From: Clostridia bacterium
GTDB lineage: Bacteria > Bacillota > Clostridia > TANB77 > CAG-508
Direction of reading: 5' to 3'
Assembly: GCA_017456555.1 (NCBI GenBank)
Contig: JAFTJF010000006.1
Location: 75,103-139,102, forward strand
DNA length: 64,000 nt
Part shown: piece after piece, positions 1 to 8,820 of the stretch
Position numbering within the stretch: the stretch's first letter is position 1
How the letters are laid out: every line of letters begins with the position of its first letter
Notes under the pieces: generated by a model
What the model was told of the DNA's origin: nothing
The model's database searches: none
Seen by the model: only the letters and a program-made list of their open reading frames with translations
Position numbers and translations under genes: made by a program

Positions 1-670
1 TAATTTTATGATTTTTATATAATACTTTTAATAATTCATAGGCTATTTCTGTTCTTTCTAAAATATCGTCTTTTATTGTTCCTGTAAAAGCTAAATTTAA
101 AGCAATTTCATCTGATTCAAATTTAGGCCATAAAACACCTGGAGTATCTAATAGTTCTTGATTTTTTCCAATTCTAATCCATTGTTTTGATTTTGTTACA
201 CCTGGTCTATTTCCAACTTCTGTTGAATTCTTTTTAGATATTCTATTTATAAAAGATGATTTACCAACATTTGGTATTCCAAGTATCATTACTCTTATTG
301 TTTTATTTATTCTTCCTCTTGCTGCTTGTTTTGCAATTTCATCTGCCATTATATTTTCAATAGCTTTTGAAACCTTATCAATTCCTTTTCCTGAATTAGA
401 ATCGGTTAAAATAGTTGGGGCTTCTTTTGATAAATAATTTACCCATTTACTATTTATTGTTTCATTTGCTAAATCACATTTATTTAAAAGAATTATTCTT
501 TTTTTATTTTTTGTTAATCTTTTAATGTCTGGATTTCTACTTGCTAGTGGAATTCTTGCATCTAATAATTCAATTACTACATCTATTATTTTTAAATCAT
601 CTTCAATTTGTCTTCTGGTTTTGGCCATATGCCCCGGGAACCAGTTAATATTAAGTTTATTTTCATTCAT
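1..670 (-). CDS. rbgA: Ribosome biogenesis GTPase A (YlqF/RbgA). Partial: the C-terminus runs off the window start.
   Basis: Reverse translation from the ATG at 670-668 gives MNENKLNINWFPGHMAKTRRQIEDDLKIIDVVIELLDARIPLASRNPD. It is followed by NKCDL (G4), GIPNVGKSS (G1) and DTPG (G3), the circularly permuted GTPase order typical of RbgA. It is absent from the ORF track because there is no stop codon inside the window. Confidence 0.85.
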   Translation of the reverse strand, partial: MNENKLNINWFPGHMAKTRRQIEDDLKIIDVVIELLDARIPLASRNPDIKRLTKNKKRIILLNKCDLANETINSKWVNYLSKEAPTILTDSNSGKGIDKVSKAIENIMADEIAKQAARGRINKTIRVMILGIPNVGKSSFINRISKKNSTEVGNRPGVTKSKQWIRIGKNQELLDTPGVLWPKFESDEIALNLAFTGTIKDDILERTEIAYELLKVLYKNHKI

Positions 671-822
671 AAAATCACTTCCTCATTTTAATGTTTTATT
701 TTATATTTTGAACATCACTTTTACAAAAATCTTTTTTCTATATTTTTCAAAAAATAATACTTTATTATTATAACATAAATATCTTATAAAGTCCAATATT
801 ATGTTACTTTAAAAATTGACAC

Positions 823-854
823 AAAAAAACCCTTATGAAAATCATAAAGGTTTT
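823..854 (-). terminator. Rho-independent terminator downstream of the 864..1385 gene
   Basis: Hairpin CCTTATGA-AAA-TCATAAAGG, followed on the minus strand by a T-run. Confidence 0.6.
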
Positions 855-863
855 AAATTTTTC

Positions 864-1385
864 TTAAATTTTATATTGGTTTCTATCAGCTCTTTCATCA
901 AATTCTCTATCAAATTGTTCATTTGTATAGAACCAATCGCCTTTTTTAGTTCCTTTTCCTAATGTTCTATGTTTATTAAACAATATATCAAAAAATGTTA
1001 ATAATGGTATTAATACTCCAATTGCTGTTAACATCATATCTGTACTATTTGCAATTGTAAATCCACCTTCTTGTGCTCCTGTAAAGTTTATATATAATGC
1101 ATTTCCAAAATAAGCTACATATAATCCTAAATAAGCAGCAGCTCCTACAATATTTCTTTTAACCACCAATATTAAACATGGTAATGTTGCAAATAAAACT
1201 ATAATTTCATAAGTTACATTTAATGGTGTTGCAAAAAAATCTGCATCTAGTTGATATAATAATGTTACAATTGCTCTAAATAACCAAAATATAACTGAAA
1301 AAAAAGTAAGTAAATAACTAAATAAACTTGTCATCTGTATACCTCCTAATAATACCTGTAATAAAGATTTTCTATACAATGCCAA
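864..1385 (-). CDS. Hypothetical polytopic membrane protein
   Basis: 173-aa ORF with 4-5 hydrophobic helices and a charged C-terminal tail. It has a flanking terminator. No recognisable family motif. Confidence 0.6.
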   Translation of the reverse strand: MALYRKSLLQVLLGGIQMTSLFSYLLTFFSVIFWLFRAIVTLLYQLDADFFATPLNVTYEIIVLFATLPCLILVVKRNIVGAAAYLGLYVAYFGNALYINFTGAQEGGFTIANSTDMMLTAIGVLIPLLTFFDILFNKHRTLGKGTKKGDWFYTNEQFDREFDERADRNQYKI

Positions 1386-1508
1386 TCGTTAGAAACTCTA
1401 ATAATTTGCATATTTATCTTCTACTTTAAAAGTTTATCACAAATTAACATAAATTTCAATATAAATCGTCGTCTAAATTTTTAATTTCGCACCGATACTT
1501 ATAGACAT

Positions 1509-1536
1509 AAAAAAAGAGCATTTTCATGCTCCTTTT
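1509..1536 (-). terminator. Rho-independent terminator after the DUF1292 gene
   Basis: GAGCAT-TTTC-ATGCTC hairpin flanked by A- and T-runs. Confidence 0.6.
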
Positions 1537-1543
1537 TATTATA

Positions 1544-1852
1544 TTATTGTTCTCCATCTGTAAAGTTAAATTCATCTTTGAATTTTTCTTTAAAAATTTC
1601 AAATACAGCTGTTAATGTTTCTTCATCATCAACACTAACATATGATTCTTCATCACTATTTTCTTCTGAATCATCAACTTTTAATATTACTACTTCTCCG
1701 TCATCTTCTTCTCCATCTTCAAGAACTGGTAGTAATACTACGAATTCTTCTGATTCATATTCTATTAAATCTAAAAACTCAAATTGTACTTCATTTCCAT
1801 TTTCGTCATTTAATATTATGATATTGCTTAATTCTTCTAAATTTTCGTCCAT
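1544..1852 (-). CDS. DUF1292 (UPF0473) family acidic protein
   Basis: The sequence ILNDENGNEVQFEFLDLIEYESEEFVVLLP matches the DUF1292 pattern. It sits at the conserved Firmicute position after ireB-ruvX. Confidence 0.75.
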   Translation of the reverse strand: MDENLEELSNIIILNDENGNEVQFEFLDLIEYESEEFVVLLPVLEDGEEDDGEVVILKVDDSEENSDEESYVSVDDEETLTAVFEIFKEKFKDEFNFTDGEQ

Positions 1853-1965
1853 TTTTTATCTCCTTCCTTTGTATTTCCATACAAATCTAAAAATATAATA
1901 TACTAAACCTATTTTTTTTGCAATAGTTTTTTAATTATTTATATTTTTTTTTAATATAATGTATT

Positions 1966-2385
1966 TTATTTATTTTTATTCATGTACATTTCTAAAATAT
2001 AAACTGCAGATATTGTATCTACAATACCTCTTTTTTTAGTTTTGTTTACATCTAGAAAATTCATAGTTTTGTGAGCAGCAACTGTTGTTAATCTTTCATC
2101 AATTGTTTCAATTTTTAATTTGTTATATTTGCATTTCAATTTATGAATAAACTTTTCTGTAACTTCTGCTCTAATTGTTTTTGTACCATCCATATTATAT
2201 GGCATACCAACAACGATAGTATCTACTTCAGGATATTTTTCTAATATCTCATCTAATCTTCTTAACAAAACTTTGTCATTTCCATTATGAGTTATTGTTT
2301 CTAATCCTTGCGCAGTTATCCCTAAAGCATCTGTTACAGCGATGCCAACTCTACTATCTCCATAATCAATACCTAATGTTCTCAT
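1966..2385 (-). CDS. ruvX: Putative pre-16S rRNA nuclease / Holliday junction resolvase-like protein YqgF (RuvX)
   Basis: The protein starts MRTLGIDYGDSRVGIAVTD, is 139 aa long, and lies in the conserved ireB-ruvX-DUF1292 synteny. Confidence 0.9.
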   Translation of the reverse strand: MRTLGIDYGDSRVGIAVTDALGITAQGLETITHNGNDKVLLRRLDEILEKYPEVDTIVVGMPYNMDGTKTIRAEVTEKFIHKLKCKYNKLKIETIDERLTTVAAHKTMNFLDVNKTKKRGIVDTISAVYILEMYMNKNK

Positions 2386-2391
2386 ATTTAA

Positions 2392-2646
2392 TTAGTCTTC
2401 CAATCCGATGTAATATTTTACCATTTTTTCAAGTAGTTCATCTCTTTCAATTAATCTTATTAAATTTCTAGCATCATTATGGCTAGTAATATAAGTAGGA
2501 TCTCCTGATAAAATATATCCAACGATTTGATTTATTGGATTATACCCTTTTTCTACCAATGCTTGGTATACTTCTTTTAAAATTTCTTTTGCTCTTAGAG
2601 TTTTATCTTTATCTACTTTAAAACTCATTGTCTTATCTATAGCCAT
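2392..2646 (-). CDS. IreB-family regulatory phosphoprotein (UPF0297/DUF965)
   Basis: 84 aa. The sequence [41 protein letters not shown] is characteristic of this family. Confidence 0.85.
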   Translation of the reverse strand: MAIDKTMSFKVDKDKTLRAKEILKEVYQALVEKGYNPINQIVGYILSGDPTYITSHNDARNLIRLIERDELLEKMVKYYIGLED

Positions 2647-2658
2647 ATTCTTTACCTC

Positions 2659-3795
2659 CTAAATATAATTAATTTGATTTTCAGATTTATCTACTGAATC
2701 TAAATATTCTTCTAATTTTTTATTTAATTGTTCAATTCCAGTACCTTTATAATAAGTTGATACTACAAAATTGATTTTTGGAGATGCTGATTTTTCTTCT
2801 TTTAGCTCTCTAACTCTTACTTTTTTACCATTGATTACTTTTACTACTTGAACTTCTTCTGCTTCTTCAACAATCTCAAGTTCTTCCATTTCACGTTTTA
2901 ATTCTTTTAAGAATTCTTCAACACTTGTTTCTTCAACTCCAGAGAATACAATTACAAATTTTGGTCCCATATATCTTACAAAAACATATTGTGCAGCCAT
3001 TTTAGTTTTTACTATATTACTAATTTCTGTAATTATATCATTTCCTATTTGTCTACTTGCTTTTTCATTTATTTCTTCGATGTTTGTAATTTTAAACATA
3101 CAAACTGCTGAAGTTGGATATTTATCAAATGTTCTTTTTGCTTTACTATATAAATATTCTGCTGAATATAATCCTGTAAATTTATCCGTTCTAACAATGT
3201 TTTCCATTGCATCTTGATAAGATATTGTAGATAATACAGAAATTATATTATCTTTTACAACTTCGATTATTGTTGTATCTGTTTTATCAAATGCATGCAT
3301 TCTTCCACTTTCCATTATCCAATATCCAATATAAATATTGTCTATATATAGTGGGAAAAACATTGCTGATTTGGCTCTTCCCATTTCAACTTTTTGATAT
3401 GGAAGTTTTTCATTTTCATTTTCTATTGTTATATATTTAGGGGTAGCTGTGGCAACACTATCTTGGAATATTTCCTCATTGTGTAAGTTTGTTAAAGTTT
3501 CATGATGTAATTTATCTACGTTTGTTGCTTTTATAACATATTCTGCACCATCAAAAACTACAATTGTAGAATATTTTATATCATATTGTTCTATAACTAT
3601 TTCATTAATTTTATTTAACTTAGCCTCTACTGAATCTTCTTCTCCAGCAACTTTCATAAAATCTTGTAAAACAGATAGATTACTTATTTGTTGATTTATA
3701 TTGTTATAAGTATCAATCTTTTTTTGAATATGAATGTTGTACATTATAAGAACTATGATTAGTACAACTAACATTGCGATTATTGCTATTACCAA
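2659..3795 (-). CDS. Membrane-anchored GAF-like protein with a degenerate GGDEF domain
   Basis: N-terminal TM helix (VIAIIAMLVVLIIVLIMY). The GGDEF-type domain opens with DKFTGLYSAEYL, but the active-site pentapeptide reads MGPKF instead of GG(D/E)EF. Confidence 0.6.
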   Translation of the reverse strand: MVIAIIAMLVVLIIVLIMYNIHIQKKIDTYNNINQQISNLSVLQDFMKVAGEEDSVEAKLNKINEIVIEQYDIKYSTIVVFDGAEYVIKATNVDKLHHETLTNLHNEEIFQDSVATATPKYITIENENEKLPYQKVEMGRAKSAMFFPLYIDNIYIGYWIMESGRMHAFDKTDTTIIEVVKDNIISVLSTISYQDAMENIVRTDKFTGLYSAEYLYSKAKRTFDKYPTSAVCMFKITNIEEINEKASRQIGNDIITEISNIVKTKMAAQYVFVRYMGPKFVIVFSGVEETSVEEFLKELKREMEELEIVEEAEEVQVVKVINGKKVRVRELKEEKSASPKINFVVSTYYKGTGIEQLNKKLEEYLDSVDKSENQINYI

Positions 3796-3814
3796 AACAA
3801 TTCACCCCTATATT

Positions 3815-6800
3815 TTAATATTTTTTCTTCATTTGATTTAAAGTATTATTCATATTATTAGAGAAATTATTTTTCCCATAATTTGTTTGTGGAGCTGATT
3901 TTCCATAAGTCGATTTACTTACTAATGGATATACCATATCTCCTAAATTTCTTAGTTTGCTCATAAATTGTTTTGAGTATCCGTTTATTGATACATTACA
4001 ATTTACCATAGCATCTAAATATTTTGAATATGCACTTTCATCAAATGGAATACTACAAGCTTTAACCATATCTTTATTAAATAATTCTGTCATAAATGAC
4101 ATTGATGGATCATTATAGAATGACATACCACCTATAATAGCTTTTGTTGTTAAACTTCTTACTTTTAATTCTTTGTTAATAACAACTCTAACTTTTTCTG
4201 GTTCTAATCCACCTTCTGTTTTTAACTTTCTTAAGAAAGCTGTTAACGGTTGTATTGTTAATATATCCATTGATTGCACTAAGTAAATTTCTTGACAACT
4301 TGCAAAATAAGATGTATCTGTATCAAAATCACAATCTATTAATATTAAAGAATGATTTTGAACTAATGTTGATAAAATTGGTTCAGCATCTGAATAATCT
4401 TTTCCATCATTTGGTAATGCTGTATAAACACTTAAATTTTTTCCAACTTTTATTCCTTCTGCAAATCCTTTTTGTAATTTACTTATAGAATTATATGCAA
4501 TATTTCTTAATTCTTCTTCATTATTTGTATAAATGTAGTAAGAATTTTTATTTTTTGTCATATCTAGAATTGCTGTATTTATTCCTAAAGAAGAGAATAA
4601 AGCTGCTAATGTATTTATTAAGAATGATGTTCCGTTTTTACTTGTTCCAACAAAAGTTACTATTTTCTTATCTTTAGTTAATAAACTATTTAAACTAGAC
4701 ATTGAGTAATCAACTTTTGGTTTAATACTCTCTATTTCTGTTGATTGATTCATTGAAGCAGTTTGTGTTGTAGTATTGAAATCATCTTCAACATCAAAAC
4801 CAGCTAATAAATCATCTTCTCCGTCTTCGAAGTCATCTCCTGCACCTGGTAATATTTCTTCAATACTTTTTTCAGTTTGTACATCAGATTCGCTTTCTAA
4901 ATCATCTAATTCATCAAGTCCAGGTAATGCTACTTCATCAGTATATTCTTCCTCTTCAGCATCTTCACTTACAAGAGGCATTGTTTCATCAACTTCTTCA
5001 AAATCATCCATCATTCCTGGTAAAGTGTCTTCTTCGAAATCTTCGAAGTCATCTCCCATACCTGGTAATGTATCATCTTCAAAGTCATCTAAACCGTCAT
5101 CTTCTAAATCTGGTAATAAATCATCTTCCTCTTCTAAAGGTGATTCTTCCATTCCTGGTAGTAAATCTTCTTCATCTTCAAGAGTATTTTCTTCCATTCC
5201 TGGTAGTAAGTCTTCTTCATCTTCAAGAGTATTTTCTTCCATTCCTGGTAATAAATCTTCTTCCTCTTCGAAAGTATCTTCTTCCATTCCTGGTAATAAG
5301 TCTTCTTCCTCTTCAAAAGTATCTTCTTCCATTCCTGGTAATAGGTCTTCTTCATCTTCGAAAGTATCTTCTTCCATTCCTGGCAATAAGTCTTCTTCAT
5401 CTTCAAAAGTATCTTCTTCCATTCCTGGTAATAGGTCTTCTTCATCTTCGAAAGTATCTTCTTCCATTCCTGGCAATAAGTCTTCTTCATCTTCAAAAGT
5501 ATCTTCTTCCATTCCTGGTAATAAATCTTCTTCGTCTTCAAAAGATTTTTCTTCTACTTCTGGCAATATCAATTCATCATCTTCAAAGTCATCCATCATT
5601 CCTGGTAACATGATATCGTCTAAATCTTCTTCTTTTTCTATTTCTTGAGGCTCAACTTTTTTTGGTCTTCCTCTTCTTTTTTTCTCTGCAGGATCAGTAA
5701 CAACCGCTTTTGGTGTTTTACTTAAATTTATTGGTGGTACTTGCTCTTTTTTCACTTGAGGTGCTACTGGTCTTACCACTTTATTTTCAGCATTTACTTT
5801 TTGAACTGGTTTTACAGTTTTTTCTGCATTTACTGTTTCAACATTTTTGCTTGTTGGAGTTACAGTTTTTTGTGTTGCAACTGGTTGTGCACTTACAGGT
5901 CTTGTTGGTCTAGCAGGAGCTGTTTCAGCAGTTGCTTGAGTTCTTTGTAATTCTGATTTTTTTACAATTTTCTTTGTTCTTTCTTGTTCTGGTTTAGTTA
6001 CAGGAACTTCTATATTATTTCCCATCGGTCTAACCGGAGCTGGTCCTTTATTTTTTGATGTTCTAACAGAAGATGGTATAACTATTGGTCCAGACATTTT
6101 ATTTGCATTCATTTTATTTTCGATAATATCTATTTTTATACCGCTTTGTTTTCTAGCTTCTTGATTAACAGCATCTTGTCTATTTACTTTTTTTACCATT
6201 CCATCTACAGACATTAATTCTTGATATTTTTTACAATCATCTTCAAGAACTACTTTTACATTTGTTGGTAAACAATTAATAATAATTTTTAATTGATCAT
6301 CTGTATATTGAGCTGCTATATTATTAAAACTATCAGCAAATTTATCTGTATTTTTTCCTAATTTTTTGAAGTGAGTTAAAATATTTTGAATTTCTAATTC
6401 ACTAACTTCTTCTGAACTTTTATTAGCATAATTAGCTTCATCAGCATCAATTTGATAATACATTTTTGCTTCTTTTTTTAATCTAGGTTTGTTTATTAAT
6501 CTACAGATTTGTTCTATACTTTTTTCACTACCTAAAAGAGCATTGTATATTCCGATACTGAATAATTTAACTAAAAATGAACTTCCTTTAGTATGTCTAT
6601 CTGAACACACTAAAATTATGGAAGTTTCATTTCCATCTATATCTTGTGCTTCATCGCTAATATCATCAAGTTTTTCAAAGATAAATTTATCTATTGCATC
6701 ATAATTATTATTTGAGAATGACTCTAAATCTTCACTTATAACTATTCTATCATAGCTTTTATCTTTTTGTATCTCTTTTAATATTGCGTTAAAGTAATAT

Positions 6801-6898
6801 ACTTTTTTATAAGAAAGGATTTCTTTGTAATCCTTTTGATATTTCTTTATGATTGCATCAGAAATATTCTCACTACTAACCGCAAATAAAACTTTCAT
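3815..6898 (-). CDS. Giant pseudo-receiver / AT-hook / acidic LPGM-repeat / degenerate ParA-MinD-like protein (TadZ/CpaE-like architecture, orphan)
   Basis: The ORF track gives 3815..6919. A GGAGG lies 9 nt upstream of the internal ATG at 6898 (MKVLFAV), so that start is favoured. The N-terminus is CheY-like. The basic P/V/K-rich middle contains KKRRGRPKK. Nine near-identical units of the form EDLLPGMEEDTFEDE are followed by about six degenerate ones. The C-terminal P-loop has KKIVTFVGTSKNGTSF and LILIDCD. Confidence 0.7.
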   Translation of the reverse strand: MKVLFAVSSENISDAIIKKYQKDYKEILSYKKVYYFNAILKEIQKDKSYDRIVISEDLESFSNNNYDAIDKFIFEKLDDISDEAQDIDGNETSIILVCSDRHTKGSSFLVKLFSIGIYNALLGSEKSIEQICRLINKPRLKKEAKMYYQIDADEANYANKSSEEVSELEIQNILTHFKKLGKNTDKFADSFNNIAAQYTDDQLKIIINCLPTNVKVVLEDDCKKYQELMSVDGMVKKVNRQDAVNQEARKQSGIKIDIIENKMNANKMSGPIVIPSSVRTSKNKGPAPVRPMGNNIEVPVTKPEQERTKKIVKKSELQRTQATAETAPARPTRPVSAQPVATQKTVTPTSKNVETVNAEKTVKPVQKVNAENKVVRPVAPQVKKEQVPPINLSKTPKAVVTDPAEKKRRGRPKKVEPQEIEKEEDLDDIMLPGMMDDFEDDELILPEVEEKSFEDEEDLLPGMEEDTFEDEEDLLPGMEEDTFEDEEDLLPGMEEDTFEDEEDLLPGMEEDTFEDEEDLLPGMEEDTFEEEEDLLPGMEEDTFEEEEDLLPGMEENTLEDEEDLLPGMEENTLEDEEDLLPGMEESPLEEEDDLLPDLEDDGLDDFEDDTLPGMGDDFEDFEEDTLPGMMDDFEEVDETMPLVSEDAEEEEYTDEVALPGLDELDDLESESDVQTEKSIEEILPGAGDDFEDGEDDLLAGFDVEDDFNTTTQTASMNQSTEIESIKPKVDYSMSSLNSLLTKDKKIVTFVGTSKNGTSFLINTLAALFSSLGINTAILDMTKNKNSYYIYTNNEEELRNIAYNSISKLQKGFAEGIKVGKNLSVYTALPNDGKDYSDAEPILSTLVQNHSLILIDCDFDTDTSYFASCQEIYLVQSMDILTIQPLTAFLRKLKTEGGLEPEKVRVVINKELKVRSLTTKAIIGGMSFYNDPSMSFMTELFNKDMVKACSIPFDESAYSKYLDAMVNCNVSINGYSKQFMSKLRNLGDMVYPLVSKSTYGKSAPQTNYGKNNFSNNMNNTLNQMKKKY
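5100..5560 (-). repeat. In-frame 45-nt tandem repeat array with a 90-nt higher-order unit, inside the giant CDS
   Basis: The motif ccattcctgg recurs every 45 nt (5149, 5194, 5239 and so on, nine copies). Blocks 5341-5430 and 5431-5520 are near-identical 90-mers. Confidence 0.9.
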
Positions 6899-6902
6899 TT
6901 GT

Positions 6903-7322
6903 TTAACCCCTCCAACCATTTACTACTATAGCAAATATTAATGGTAATACTTGGCATATTAATAAAATTGTTACGAAAGTGATAATAAGCATAAATCCTC
7001 TATCTCTAACGTCCAATTTTCTAATTCCTAGTACATATTGATATATTGATCCTACGGCAATACCAACAAAGCAGAATGGTATACTATAAATTCTTACAAT
7101 ATTTAATATGTAAGCAGCCACTCCAAATGGTGTTGAACCATATTTTTCAATATATTCTGCTAATTTTCCTTTTGTTGTTTCTTTAATTTCTACTAATTCT
7201 GTTGCTTGTGTTGAATTTAAAACCTCGTTTCCTGTAACTGCGTAAGCGTTATTGGCAAACATAGATATTGTTCCAACTAACATTATAAAAATTATTACAA
7301 CCATTGATATTTTCTTTAACAT
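6903..7322 (-). CDS. Small secreted/membrane protein: signal peptide plus three TM helices
   Basis: MLKKISMVVIIFIMLVGTISMFANNAYA is a signal-peptide-like N-terminus, followed by hydrophobic helices. Its TAA stop lies 4 nt before the ATG of the giant gene, which suggests translational coupling. Confidence 0.6.
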   Translation of the reverse strand: MLKKISMVVIIFIMLVGTISMFANNAYAVTGNEVLNSTQATELVEIKETTKGKLAEYIEKYGSTPFGVAAYILNIVRIYSIPFCFVGIAVGSIYQYVLGIRKLDVRDRGFMLIITFVTILLICQVLPLIFAIVVNGWRG

Positions 7323-7464
7323 AATTTATAAAAAACCCCCTTTAGGCTAATTTTTCTAATATTATACATATAATATAATACTATATATTACAGAAAATAT
7401 CAACCTAAATTACCAAATTTATCAAATTTTTTGCTATTAATTTGATTGTAAAATATTCATAATA

Positions 7465-7493
7465 ATTTTAATCTTAATATTATTTTTTGTCAA
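7465..7493 (-). promoter_or_regulatory. Candidate sigma-A promoter of the 7322-2659 operon
   Basis: On the minus strand: TTGACA, 17 nt, TAAAAT. It lies directly downstream of the ynbB stop. Confidence 0.4.
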
Positions 7494-7500
7494 ACTTAAT

Positions 7501-8760
7501 TTAATCTTCTTTTAACATATTTTCTATTGCCATCATTATGCCAATTTTTCCGTATTCATAAGTTAATCCACCTTGCATATATGCTGTATAAGGTTCACAA
7601 ACTGGTCCATCACAACTTAATTCTATTGTTGCCCCTGGTGTAAAGCTTCCACCAGCCATAATTTCTTTATGTTCATAACCTGGCATGTCGTCGGGTACTG
7701 GTGTTACATAAGATTCTATAGGAGAACCTTTTTGAACACCTTGACAGAATTTTATTAATTTTTCTGCAGTTTTTAATTCTATTGTTTGAATAATATCAGT
7801 TCTTTTTTCATCATATCTTGGACTAACTCCATCAAAACCAAATCTTTCTAGCATTCTACTTGCATATGTCATTGTTTTTAATACTGATTTTACAACAGAT
7901 GGAGCCATAAAAATTCCTTTATAATATGCTAATAATTGATTAAAATTTGCTCCTAAATCTTTTCCAATACAAGGTGCTGTTAATCTTTCTGCAACTTGGT
8001 GTACTAAATCTTTTCTTCCTACTACGTAACCTCCACTTGTAGCAATTCCTGCTCCAAGATTTTTCATTAAAGAACTTATAAAAATATCTGCTCCAACTTC
8101 TGTTGGTTCTTTGTCTTCTACAAATTCTCCATAGCAATTATCTACCATTACAATTACATTATTATCAATTGCTTTTATTTTAGAAATTACTTTTTCTATT
8201 TTATACATTGTTAGACTTTCTCTTTGAGAATATCCTCTAGAACGTTGAATTTCTATTAATTTTATATTTCCTTGTCTTACTCTTTCTTCTATTTTCTCAT
8301 AATCAAAATCATTATTAACAAGGGCAATTTCTTCATATTTTATTCCATGTTTGATTAAAGAGTTTTCACTATCTCCTGAAAGTCCAATAACACTTTTTAA
8401 TGTATCATATGGTTCTCCAGAAATACTAACCATAGTATCTCCATATTTAAGCAAACCAAACAAAGTAATTGTTAATGCATGTGTACCAGACATTATTTGT
8501 GGTCTAACTAGTGCATCTTCTGCTCCAAATATTTGAGCATAAATTCTTTCTAATTTTTCTCTTCCACCGTCATAATATCCATAACCTGTAATTTCATTAA
8601 AATCAGTTGTTGAAACTCTATTATCTTGAAAAGCTTTTAAAACTTTCATACTAGATTTTAAACAATTATTTTCATATTCTAAGAATATTTTTTCTAATTC
8701 TTTTTCTACTTCATTTGAAATTTCGATTATTTCATCTCTAATACCAAATTCTTTATACAT
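7501..8760 (-). CDS. ynbB: PLP-dependent YnbB / aluminium-resistance family protein (Met gamma-lyase-like)
   Basis: 419 aa. The N-terminal region LKAFQDNRVSTTDFNEITGYGYYDGGREKLERIYAQIFGAEDALVRPQIMSGTHAL is typical of the family. Confidence 0.75.
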   Translation of the reverse strand: MYKEFGIRDEIIEISNEVEKELEKIFLEYENNCLKSSMKVLKAFQDNRVSTTDFNEITGYGYYDGGREKLERIYAQIFGAEDALVRPQIMSGTHALTITLFGLLKYGDTMVSISGEPYDTLKSVIGLSGDSENSLIKHGIKYEEIALVNNDFDYEKIEERVRQGNIKLIEIQRSRGYSQRESLTMYKIEKVISKIKAIDNNVIVMVDNCYGEFVEDKEPTEVGADIFISSLMKNLGAGIATSGGYVVGRKDLVHQVAERLTAPCIGKDLGANFNQLLAYYKGIFMAPSVVKSVLKTMTYASRMLERFGFDGVSPRYDEKRTDIIQTIELKTAEKLIKFCQGVQKGSPIESYVTPVPDDMPGYEHKEIMAGGSFTPGATIELSCDGPVCEPYTAYMQGGLTYEYGKIGIMMAIENMLKED

Positions 8761-8778
8761 TTTATTTCCTCTTTTCCT

Positions 8779-8813
8779 AAAAAATGGATACTCTTTCAGT
8801 TAAAAGTATCCAT
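8779..8813 (-). terminator. Rho-independent terminator after the PPIase gene
   Basis: ATGGATACT ... AGTATCCAT 9-bp stem followed by a T-run on the minus strand. Confidence 0.6.
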
Positions 8814-8820
8814 TTCTAAT

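Noticed and set aside
525-773. 82-aa plus-strand ORF at the window start.
   Set aside because: It overlaps the 5' end of the clearly conserved rbgA gene on the opposite strand.
5100-5560. Regularly spaced direct repeats that might be taken for a CRISPR array.
   Set aside because: The repeats are contiguous 45-mers with no unique spacers, are in frame within a long CDS, and there are no cas genes in the window.
4776-5648. Long plus-strand ORFs (290 aa Ser-rich, 228 aa Leu-rich) and a minus-strand 135-aa KKILLK-repeat ORF, all overlapping the repeat array.
   Set aside because: They are frame and strand shadows of the acidic 45-nt repeat in the giant minus-strand CDS. They have no SD and no independent signal.
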